The notes under the pieces are model-generated. The model had not been told where the DNA came from. It saw only the letters and a program-made list of their open reading frames with translations, and ran no database searches. From Candidatus Microgenomates bacterium (lineage in GTDB: Bacteria; Patescibacteriota; Microgenomatia; UBA8517), in the NCBI GenBank assembly GCA_049523135.1, contig JBEKNE010000001.1:391009-455008 (forward strand): a stretch of DNA of 64,000 bases, in the 5' to 3' direction. This document shows positions 48,930-56,023 of this stretch, piece by piece. The position numbers and the translations under genes were made by a program. Position 1 is the first letter of the stretch; each line of letters starts with the position of its first letter.

Positions 48930-48943
48930 TTTCACGCGTGAAA
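48930..48943. repeat. Perfect 14-bp palindrome TTTCACGCGTGAAA (parS-like)
   Basis: Self-complementary; equals the parS core TTTCACGTGAAA with 2 extra central bp; intergenic. Confidence 0.5.
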
Positions 48944-48969
48944 GATGTAATAGTAGAGTGGGGGATATT

Positions 48970-49010
48970 AATTTCAATTTCCAATTTTTAATTAGCAATT
49001 TTCAATTATG
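48970..49010. repeat. Degenerate heptamer tandem repeat (AATTnnn x6)
   Basis: AATT at 48970, 48976, 48983, 48990, 48997 and 49004. Confidence 0.55.
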
Positions 49011-49058
49011 AAAGGGAGGTATGTAATCAAAAATATTGGTCTTTCACAGAAAGGTATT

Positions 49059-49133
49059 ATGTCGCACAATATTAAAGGTTTATTAATTCTATTTGGATAC
49101 CTTACGGGTCTTATTTTTTGGTTTTATCTTTAA
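49059..49133 (+). CDS. Possible small membrane peptide (24 aa; 41 aa if started at 49008)
   Basis: MSHNIKGLLILFGYLTGLIFWFYL; single hydrophobic helix; AGAAAGG upstream. Confidence 0.25.
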   Translation: MSHNIKGLLILFGYLTGLIFWFYL

Positions 49134-49309
49134 AATATCCTGTGTCACTCCCCGCTTTAATAATTTAAATTTTTTACATATTTAACTTAGGTTTACTGAA
49201 AAGTTTTTTCGGAGTTTGGGGACTACCGGATATTTCTTTAGGGTCCCATTCTATAAGTATCTTCAGACCCCGCTGTAATTGCTTGCTTCATTTCAGGTAT
49301 AATTGGCTA

Positions 49310-50533
49310 ATGGGCTATCTAAAATCGGCACTAAGGGGTATTAGCTGGATGACTGCATTGGAACTTTTAACCAAGGGTGTGGCTGTACTCAAAATTGCGG
49401 TTTTGGCCAGAATCCTATCTCCGTCCCAGTTCGGTTCCTACGGAATTGCTCTTTTGGTACTTGGATTCTTGGAAGTTTTGACGGAAACCGGAATCAATGT
49501 CTTTCTGATTCAGGAAAAGGATAAGATCCAAACTTATTTGGATTCGGCCTGGGTTATTTCAATTATCAGGGGAATTCTGATCTCGCTTTTAATAATTGCG
49601 GCTTCGCCATTTGTTGTCGGCTTTTTTAAGACTCCTGAAGTAATCACTCTTTTGTATTTGGTTTCGGCGGTTGCCTTCATAAGAGGTTTTATTAATCCTA
49701 TGGAAGTTGTTTTCCAAAAGGAGCTGAACTTTATGAAGCAGTTTTTATTTCAAGGATTTTTATACCTTATCGATGCGGGAGTTGCGGTAAGCCTCGGTCT
49801 CCTTACTCATTCCGAAAGTGCCATGATTATAAGCATGATTGTTGCGGCAACGACGGAAGTAATATTGAGTTTTATAATATTTAAAGACAGGCCGAAGTTG
49901 AGTCTTGATAAAGAAAAGTTTTTGAAAGTAATTCATAGCGGTAAATGGATTACGGGAGCCGGCATTTTTGCCTATATTTTTCAGAATATCGATAATGTAA
50001 CTATCGGAAAACTGATGGGAACAATGAACTTGGGATATTATCAGCAGTCATACAATGTTGCAACCTTGCCGGTGACCGGAGTGAGCGATATCTTCAACGC
50101 GGTGATGTTTCCGGTTTTTGTAAAGATGTCGGATGATATAAAGATCCTTAAAAAAACCTTTTACAGTGCCTGCGGAACCATTTTTGCAATGGCGTTGGTC
50201 TTCGGAATAGTTGTTTTGCTTTTTTCGAAGCCAATAATTCTTCTTTTCTTGGGACCCAAATGGATTGCAATTGAACCAGTACTGAAGGTTTTGGCAGTAT
50301 TCGGAATTCTTAAGGCGGTGCTTAATTCTACTTATTCGCTTTTCCTTTCTTTAAAGATGCAGAAAATCGTAATGCTTTCGGAATTTTTCGGAATTATCGG
50401 AATGGGAGCGGCAATTTACCCGATGGTAACGAAATTTGGAATAGTTGGGGCAGGATATTCGACTATAATTGCTGTAATTTGCAGTTTGCCGGTAGTTGTA
50501 ATCAATATTAAAAAGATCTTTTCATTTAAATAG
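49310..50533 (+). CDS. Wzx-type polysaccharide flippase
   Basis: LARIL.P..FG, D...IGK..G...LG.Y, V.FP.F, L.G.KW; about 12 TM segments; start at ATG 49310 after TATAAT. Confidence 0.88.
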   Translation: MGYLKSALRGISWMTALELLTKGVAVLKIAVLARILSPSQFGSYGIALLVLGFLEVLTETGINVFLIQEKDKIQTYLDSAWVISIIRGILISLLIIAASPFVVGFFKTPEVITLLYLVSAVAFIRGFINPMEVVFQKELNFMKQFLFQGFLYLIDAGVAVSLGLLTHSESAMIISMIVAATTEVILSFIIFKDRPKLSLDKEKFLKVIHSGKWITGAGIFAYIFQNIDNVTIGKLMGTMNLGYYQQSYNVATLPVTGVSDIFNAVMFPVFVKMSDDIKILKKTFYSACGTIFAMALVFGIVVLLFSKPIILLFLGPKWIAIEPVLKVLAVFGILKAVLNSTYSLFLSLKMQKIVMLSEFFGIIGMGAAIYPMVTKFGIVGAGYSTIIAVICSLPVVVINIKKIFSFK

Positions 50534-50534
50534 G

Positions 50535-51911
50535 ATGAAGAAAAATAATCTATTTTGGCTTGTTTTAATCTCCGCCCTTAGCATCTTCCTCCGTATCTAT
50601 ATGATCGGAACCAATTATTATTTTACAGGGGAATTAGGCAAGGAACTCCACTATATCAGTCAGTTGATTTCCACCGGAAGGTTTCCGCTTGTGGGGCTTG
50701 CCACATCCCATGAATGGCTTACCTATGGCCCGGCCTACTACTGGATAATGATTCCCGTTGTTAAAATTTTTGGATTTTCTCCATTTATTCTTTTTTGGGT
50801 AGCATTGGCGGTTTCCGTCATTGGAATCTTAATTACATATTTTGTTTTTTCAAAAATTGTTGATGCAAAGTTTACCGCGATATTGGCATTTTTTGTTTCG
50901 GTTTCTCCTCTTTGGATTCAGCTGACCCGGCTTTCGAAACTTCACACATTTTTCTTTATCTTAATTCCTCTGGTAATTTATTTTCTTTATAAAATCTGGA
51001 ACAAGGATAAAAGATATTTTTTCTGGTTAGGGTTGGCTTTTGGATTTCTTTTCAGTTTTCACTATAGTCAGATTCCGATCTTAGGCGTTTTGCTGTTGGC
51101 GTTTTGGATTAAAAGAAAAGGAACAAAACTTGGCGATTATCTTAAGTTTGCTGTTGGTTTGATTCTTCCCAATATAACAATTCTTATATACGACGCCAAA
51201 AGCGGATTTACCATGGTGAAGGACCTTGTTATGTGGATTCCATATAGGATTTTGGGCTTCGCAGGGCTATACCCGAAAAATAATTTGGATATTGTGACAG
51301 GAGGATCAACAATCTCCGCTTTCAATGAATTTTTGGGAAGAAATCTTTTTTGGGACGGCAGATTTTGGGTTTTAGGTAGCATTGTATTTTTGATTTTATT
51401 TGTAGCCTTTTTTATGCAAAATTATAAAAGGTTTTCTAAAGACTTTTTTGTTTTTTATTTAATTTCTTCAACAATTGTTCAATTTGGGGCGCTTCTTGTT
51501 CACACAACCCCTCCTGTTCATTATTTCTTGCCCGTATTTTTGAATTTCGGGCTTTTGTTTTCATTTTTTGTTTGCAAATATTGGAAAAGACCTTCCGTAA
51601 AGGTATTCACGGCTCTTATTATCGTTTTAATAGCCGTAATCGACATTCTGAATATGCCCAATGAGCATGCGGATGATATAGATTACATTCCGCTTGGCAT
51701 TCAGGAAGGAGTTGCAAAAAGTATTGTGCGGAATGCGGCTGGAAAGCCTTTTGTCTTAACACGAGTCGGACCGTATGATTATTATCCCGAAACTTATGAC
51801 CAAAATTATCAGTTTCTTATTATGCAGGACGGGGGAAAAATTGATCAGTCGGCAAAATTGAAATATATAATTTATGATATCGGTACTGTATATATCCAAA
51901 AAGTTGATTAA
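50535..51911 (+). CDS. GT-C fold glycosyltransferase (ArnT/PMT-like)
   Basis: Polytopic; LRI..F.GE.G, P..G..TS....GP.YYW, HY..P motifs. Confidence 0.65.
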   Translation: MKKNNLFWLVLISALSIFLRIYMIGTNYYFTGELGKELHYISQLISTGRFPLVGLATSHEWLTYGPAYYWIMIPVVKIFGFSPFILFWVALAVSVIGILITYFVFSKIVDAKFTAILAFFVSVSPLWIQLTRLSKLHTFFFILIPLVIYFLYKIWNKDKRYFFWLGLAFGFLFSFHYSQIPILGVLLLAFWIKRKGTKLGDYLKFAVGLILPNITILIYDAKSGFTMVKDLVMWIPYRILGFAGLYPKNNLDIVTGGSTISAFNEFLGRNLFWDGRFWVLGSIVFLILFVAFFMQNYKRFSKDFFVFYLISSTIVQFGALLVHTTPPVHYFLPVFLNFGLLFSFFVCKYWKRPSVKVFTALIIVLIAVIDILNMPNEHADDIDYIPLGIQEGVAKSIVRNAAGKPFVLTRVGPYDYYPETYDQNYQFLIMQDGGKIDQSAKLKYIIYDIGTVYIQKVD

Positions 51912-52476
51912 TTTTCAAATACTGGTATTAAAAGAGACAAATATTACCGATTTTGCAAAAGCCCGAAATGGCCTTTTGAAAAATGCAAAATCGGATTGGG
52001 TTTTATTCTTGGATACCGACGAAAAGATCTCGAAAGAACTTTCCGACGAATTGAAAAATCTCGACCCGAATGGTTTTGACGGATTTTTTATTAAGCGTAA
52101 GATTGTTTTTTTGGGTAAGATTATTGGAGAAGATAAAGTATTGAGGCTTGGCAAAAAGGGCTGTGGTAAGTGGATACGTGCCGTGCATGAGACATGGTGT
52201 ATAAAAGGGAAAGTCGGAACTTTGAAAAATTATATTATTCACGAAACGGCTGTAAACCTCCATGATGATATAGAGAAATTAAACAGCTATTCTTCGATTC
52301 ATGCTCAGGAAAATTTGAAAGAGGGAAAACGTTCAAATCTTTTCAAAATTGTTTTTTATCCTAAAGCCAAATTCATTCAAAATTTTCTTGAGGGACGAGG
52401 CTTTGTCTTTAGCATGTTACAATCTTTTCATTCGTTTTTAGGATGGGCAAAACAATGGGAATTACAAAGAAAATAA
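51874..52476 (+). CDS. GT2 family glycosyltransferase, N-terminally truncated
   Basis: DFA.ARN....A..DW..FLD.DE, LRL, W...VHE, F..FL.G..GF; only about 25 aa precede DFA. Confidence 0.75.
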   Translation: MISVLYISKKLINFQILVLKETNITDFAKARNGLLKNAKSDWVLFLDTDEKISKELSDELKNLDPNGFDGFFIKRKIVFLGKIIGEDKVLRLGKKGCGKWIRAVHETWCIKGKVGTLKNYIIHETAVNLHDDIEKLNSYSSIHAQENLKEGKRSNLFKIVFYPKAKFIQNFLEGRGFVFSMLQSFHSFLGWAKQWELQRK

Positions 52477-53654
52477 AATTAAATCAAATTCTATCGCCGG
52501 AAAGTATATTTATCTTTTTATTTCTGGTAGCTTTTCCTTTTGGACAAATAATCAGACTGAGTTTTAATCTTGCCGGACTATCTATTCCTCTTCAACCGGT
52601 TGATATAATTGCCGGAGGTGCCGCCATCTATGCTCTATTGTCAAATCTCAAAAAACCTCAGATTTTTGTATATTTAATTAAATTTCTATCGGTAGCTGCT
52701 TTTTCCTACATTGTTTCTTTGTTTATTTTTAAAAGTTCAGGTTTAATTTACGGATTATTTTATTTAATAAGACTTGCCGCATATTTTGGATTCTTTATAT
52801 ATGGGTATAATTTTGTCAGGAAAAGTCCGGTTAACGGTAAGCTTCTTTTGGATTCCCTTCTTGCTGTTTCGATAATGTCGGCAATTTTCGGCTGGATTCA
52901 GTATTTTAATTTTCCAGCCCTTAAACCATTTATGGTTTGGGGATGGGATGAACATTTATATCGTCTTGTGGGAACCTTTTTAGATCCTACATATTTGGGA
53001 ATAATTATTACTTTTGGTCTTTTAATATCAATCCATGAGTATTTAAATTCAAGAAGTAAAACCGCTTTAATTACCGGCTTATTTCTTCTTGTTTCTCTGG
53101 CTTTTACTTATTCACGGGCAAGTTATCTGGCTTTCATTGGAGGAATAGTTGTAATCGGAATTTATAAAGGTGAGATAAAAAAGATTATATATCTTGCATT
53201 AGTGCTTGCCGTTTTAATACTGGTTTTACCGACTTCCGGAAATACAATTCTACGCATTACGCGTGAGTTCTCCGCGCTTGCAAGAATTGAGAATTATAAA
53301 GAGACATTACAAATTTTTAGAAGTTCGCCTGTTTTTGGAGTCGGATACGATAATTTATGTCTGGCAAGATCGGAATTTACAGGTTTTGCTGATTTTAAGT
53401 CACATTCATGTTCCGGTTCTGATTCGAGTTTGCTTTTTATTCTTGTCACAACGGGGATTGTCGGATTTATAATTTTTACGTATGTGATTTGGAATTTTGG
53501 AAAGTTACTAATGCGGCAAAAATATAGCATAATTTTGGCCTCCTCTTCTTTTGCGTTATTTATTCATAGCCTATTTTCCAATTCACTTTTTTATCCTTGG
53601 GTAATCGGATGGATGTTTATTCTTGTAGCAATTAATTTACGGAGTGAAGTTTAA
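52443..53654 (+). CDS. O-antigen ligase/polymerase family protein
   Basis: R..GTFLDP.YLG, TYSRAS, S..AR, P.FG.G, DSS.L..L.T.G..G, H..F.N. Confidence 0.85.
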   Translation: MGKTMGITKKIKLNQILSPESIFIFLFLVAFPFGQIIRLSFNLAGLSIPLQPVDIIAGGAAIYALLSNLKKPQIFVYLIKFLSVAAFSYIVSLFIFKSSGLIYGLFYLIRLAAYFGFFIYGYNFVRKSPVNGKLLLDSLLAVSIMSAIFGWIQYFNFPALKPFMVWGWDEHLYRLVGTFLDPTYLGIIITFGLLISIHEYLNSRSKTALITGLFLLVSLAFTYSRASYLAFIGGIVVIGIYKGEIKKIIYLALVLAVLILVLPTSGNTILRITREFSALARIENYKETLQIFRSSPVFGVGYDNLCLARSEFTGFADFKSHSCSGSDSSLLFILVTTGIVGFIIFTYVIWNFGKLLMRQKYSIILASSSFALFIHSLFSNSLFYPWVIGWMFILVAINLRSEV

Positions 53655-54353
53655 TGTAATATCTTTCTCAGTAGTATTTCCTGCTTGATCAACCGATTTA
53701 ATAACAAAAGGATTAGAGCCTTGATTTAATGTTGTTGTGTATTGAAAATTTCCGCTGTCATCAACTGAAATTATGCGGTCATTGATGGTAACTTGACATC
53801 CGCTTTCGGTATTTCCCTGAATTGTTATTTGTCTTTGATTGGATCCGAAAAAGCTTGCTCCGTCTGACGGTGAACTGACAGTTAGATCCGGGGGCTTATT
53901 ATTAAAAGTAATTGTGTAATCGTCTGATTTCTGGCTCTGATTTCCTGAAGTATCGGTTGCGATTGCCGAGAAAGTATTAGCTCCATTTTGAAGCTGGATG
54001 TTAAAGGAAAAATTTCCATTATTGTCTGATAAAACCTCCTGATCGTTTCCGTTAAAAGTAAGTTTTACAGTTGCACCGGGCTCTGTAGTTCCTGAAATTG
54101 ATGCAGTTTGTTGGTTTGTAAAATCAGGGAAATTATTGAATTTTGGATGTGCCGGAGGAGTTGTGTCGGTTTTGGAAACTTGGGTGTTTCCACCGCGAAG
54201 ACTTGAAACGAAAACCGTAAATTTTCCCAAAAGGGGAATACCCACAAAGAAAACAAACGATATAAAAGCTATTGTGAGAATGATGAAGAAAATTGCATTA
54301 CGCAAATTTCTTTTTTCCTCAATATTTACGAATCTGGATCTAAATTGTCTCAT
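53637..54353 (-). CDS. Membrane-anchored protein with two bacterial Ig-like domains
   Basis: N-terminal TM; two repeats of the pattern I.G.TE.G..V.....G.F.....L..G.N.F...D..GN. Confidence 0.75.
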   Translation of the reverse strand: MRQFRSRFVNIEEKRNLRNAIFFIILTIAFISFVFFVGIPLLGKFTVFVSSLRGGNTQVSKTDTTPPAHPKFNNFPDFTNQQTASISGTTEPGATVKLTFNGNDQEVLSDNNGNFSFNIQLQNGANTFSAIATDTSGNQSQKSDDYTITFNNKPPDLTVSSPSDGASFFGSNQRQITIQGNTESGCQVTINDRIISVDDSGNFQYTTTLNQGSNPFVIKSVDQAGNTTEKDITLNFTP

Positions 54354-54362
54354 AATTTTATG

Positions 54363-54435
54363 AGCCGAGAGTGGGGATCGAACCCACGACCTGCGGTTTA
54401 CGATACCGCCGCTCTACCAACTGAGCTACCTCGGC
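54363..54435 (-). tRNA. tRNA-Thr(CGT)
   Basis: Acceptor GCCGAGG/TCTCGGC, anticodon arm GCGGT-ATCGTAA-ACCGC, T loop TTCGATC; CCA not encoded; TGCTATAAT upstream (54463-54455). Confidence 0.93.
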
Positions 54436-54490
54436 GCGTTGCCAAGAACACACAATTATAGCATCAGAGGGCACAAGAACACTAAAAAAT

Positions 54491-54628
54491 TTACTTCCCG
54501 ATTCTTTTGAAATATTCAACCTGTTGAAGCCGCCTTACCGCATCCCCCCTTTTTTTATATGGACCACCAAGATGCCTTCTGGAAGTTTTGCCGACAACGT
54601 AATATCCTTCTTTTCTTTTAATAATCAT
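54491..54628 (-). CDS. Small basic protein (45 aa), below the ORF-track cutoff
   Basis: MIIKRKEGYYVVGKTSRRHLGGPYKKRGDAVRRLQQVEYFKRIGK; TATACT 6 nt before the ATG. Confidence 0.7.
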   Translation of the reverse strand: MIIKRKEGYYVVGKTSRRHLGGPYKKRGDAVRRLQQVEYFKRIGK

Positions 54629-54692
54629 GGCTTAAGTATAACTTAAATATAATTAGAGAACTATCTTTCTTGTAGAAGATTTTACTATGAAG

Positions 54693-54881
54693 CTATTCTT
54701 CAGGAACTACCCGAGCAGGAATACCGATTTGTTCATTTGGATTTGCTGAAGCAACGGGTACATTTGAACAATCTAAGTGGCTGCGCCTTTGATAGACAGG
54801 GGTCTCTTCTGAACCTTCAAACTCTTCAAATTCTAGATAAGCTTGTGAACTTCTGTCCAGATGTTGTATTTCTTGTTTCAT
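54693..54881 (-). CDS. Hypothetical protein (62 aa, acidic)
   Basis: ATG-started ORF between tRNA-Gly and the small basic gene; no motif. Confidence 0.4.
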   Translation of the reverse strand: MKQEIQHLDRSSQAYLEFEEFEGSEETPVYQRRSHLDCSNVPVASANPNEQIGIPARVVPEE

Positions 54882-54949
54882 ATTTTCTTAATCTAACCGA
54901 CAGATTCTAAACTTAATATTTGCAGATTGCAATAGGCTCAAAAATTGTG

Positions 54950-55020
54950 AGCGGGTGAGCGGAGTCGAACCGCCCTTTCTACCTTGGGAAGGTGGCGTTG
55001 AGCCGATCAACTACACCCGC
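54950..55020 (-). tRNA. tRNA-Gly(CCC)
   Basis: Acceptor GCGGGTG/CACCCGC, anticodon arm CCACC-TTCCCAA-GGTAG (one mismatch), T loop TTCGACT, U73; CCA not encoded. Confidence 0.9.
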
Positions 55021-55105
55021 ATGTGATTAAGTATAAATTATACTCTCCTGTATATTCTTAAAAAAGAATTGACTTAATTTCTGCTTCCTGTAAATTAGGA
55101 ATGTT

Positions 55106-55288
55106 GTGTTAAAAGAAAATCTACAAACACCAGTAGTATTATATGAGCCCGTAAGAATAGAAACTTCAGTTAGACTTAAGTCTACTGAAACGGTTCAGCA
55201 AAAACCCGTGGTGGCTTGTAAAGAAAAACCTAAAGCAATTACTTCTCCTGATATAGAAAATCACAGTTGGAATCAGTTACCTCGGTAA
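55106..55288 (+). CDS. Hypothetical protein (60 aa)
   Basis: GTG start with AGGA upstream; no motif; convergent on the LysM gene. Confidence 0.3.
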   Translation: MLKENLQTPVVLYEPVRIETSVRLKSTETVQQKPVVACKEKPKAITSPDIENHSWNQLPR

Positions 55289-55819
55289 AATTAAGACATT
55301 CCCCGCATGAATTATATTTGGATTCGCAAGTTTGTTTGTTTTAGCAATCTTTGTCCATTGATAGCCATCACCATAAGCTCTAACCGCAATTTTCCAAAGA
55401 CAATCACCGTGTACAACAATATAAGTATTGCCGGTAACAGAAGAAACAGTTTGTGTAACGGTTTCTATCTGTTTGGTTGACGTTGGTTGCTTTGGTGATA
55501 CATCCGGAATTGTTAACTGCTGTCCCACCTCGATATTTTCAGTCTTGAGATTATTGGCACTTTTAATATCAACCCAATTATATCCGGAACCATAAGAATC
55601 TTCTGCTATCGACCAAAGAGTCTCACCTTTTGTAACCGTATGGACTTTTTCGGCGATGGTTTGTATGGAATTCTCCGTAATTTTCCCGGTATTTTTGTCC
55701 CTGAAATAGTTAACGACCAAAATTCCGACAATAACTATGACTACAACTCCAAGAACCATACTAATGCTTTCTTCGTTTAATTTTATTTGTTTGAGAAATT
55801 TTTTTAAATCAAATTTCAA
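55277..55819 (-). CDS. Membrane-anchored protein with two LysM domains
   Basis: HTV.KGETLW.IA...YG.G..W..I..AN and Y.V..GD.LW.IA...YG.G..W..I...N.L..P..I; TTG start with SD AGAAGGTGA. Confidence 0.92.
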   Translation of the reverse strand: MKFDLKKFLKQIKLNEESISMVLGVVVIVIVGILVVNYFRDKNTGKITENSIQTIAEKVHTVTKGETLWSIAEDSYGSGYNWVDIKSANNLKTENIEVGQQLTIPDVSPKQPTSTKQIETVTQTVSSVTGNTYIVVHGDCLWKIAVRAYGDGYQWTKIAKTNKLANPNIIHAGNVLILPR

Positions 55820-55857
55820 TTTTTTTCACCTTCTTTCAGAAGGGCAGAAGTAGCCTG

Positions 55858-55886
55858 AATGTAATTGAAGAGGGAAAGGAAGTCAA
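55858..55886 (-). promoter_or_regulatory. Sigma70 promoter of the LysM gene
   Basis: Minus strand TTGACT, 17-nt spacer, TACATT. Confidence 0.55.
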
Positions 55887-55895
55887 GAGGGATAT

Positions 55896-55971
55896 TGGCG
55901 AGGTCGACGAGATTCGGACTCGCAACCTCTTCCGTGACAGGGAAGCGCTCTAGCCGTTGAGCTACGACCTC
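55896..55971 (-). tRNA. tRNA-Asp(GTC)
   Basis: Acceptor GAGGTCG/CGACCTC, G73, encoded CCA, anticodon arm CTTCC-CTGTCAC-GGAAG; T loop TCCGAAT (C55). Confidence 0.92.
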
Positions 55972-56023
55972 TAGCAATAGAGCTAATTATATCAATTGTG
56001 ATAAGATTATTCTAGCCTTAGGT

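Noticed and set aside
48857-49309. Replication origin
   Set aside because: No TTATCCACA-type DnaA boxes seen, no dnaA nearby, and no switch in gene orientation
55030-55044. Palindrome AGTATAA-A-TTATACT
   Set aside because: Very AT-rich and largely explained by the -10 box of tRNA-Gly; easily arises by chance
54354-56023. Integrated element at the tRNA cluster
   Set aside because: No integrase and no duplicated tRNA 3' end (att site) found; only small orphans lie between the tRNAs
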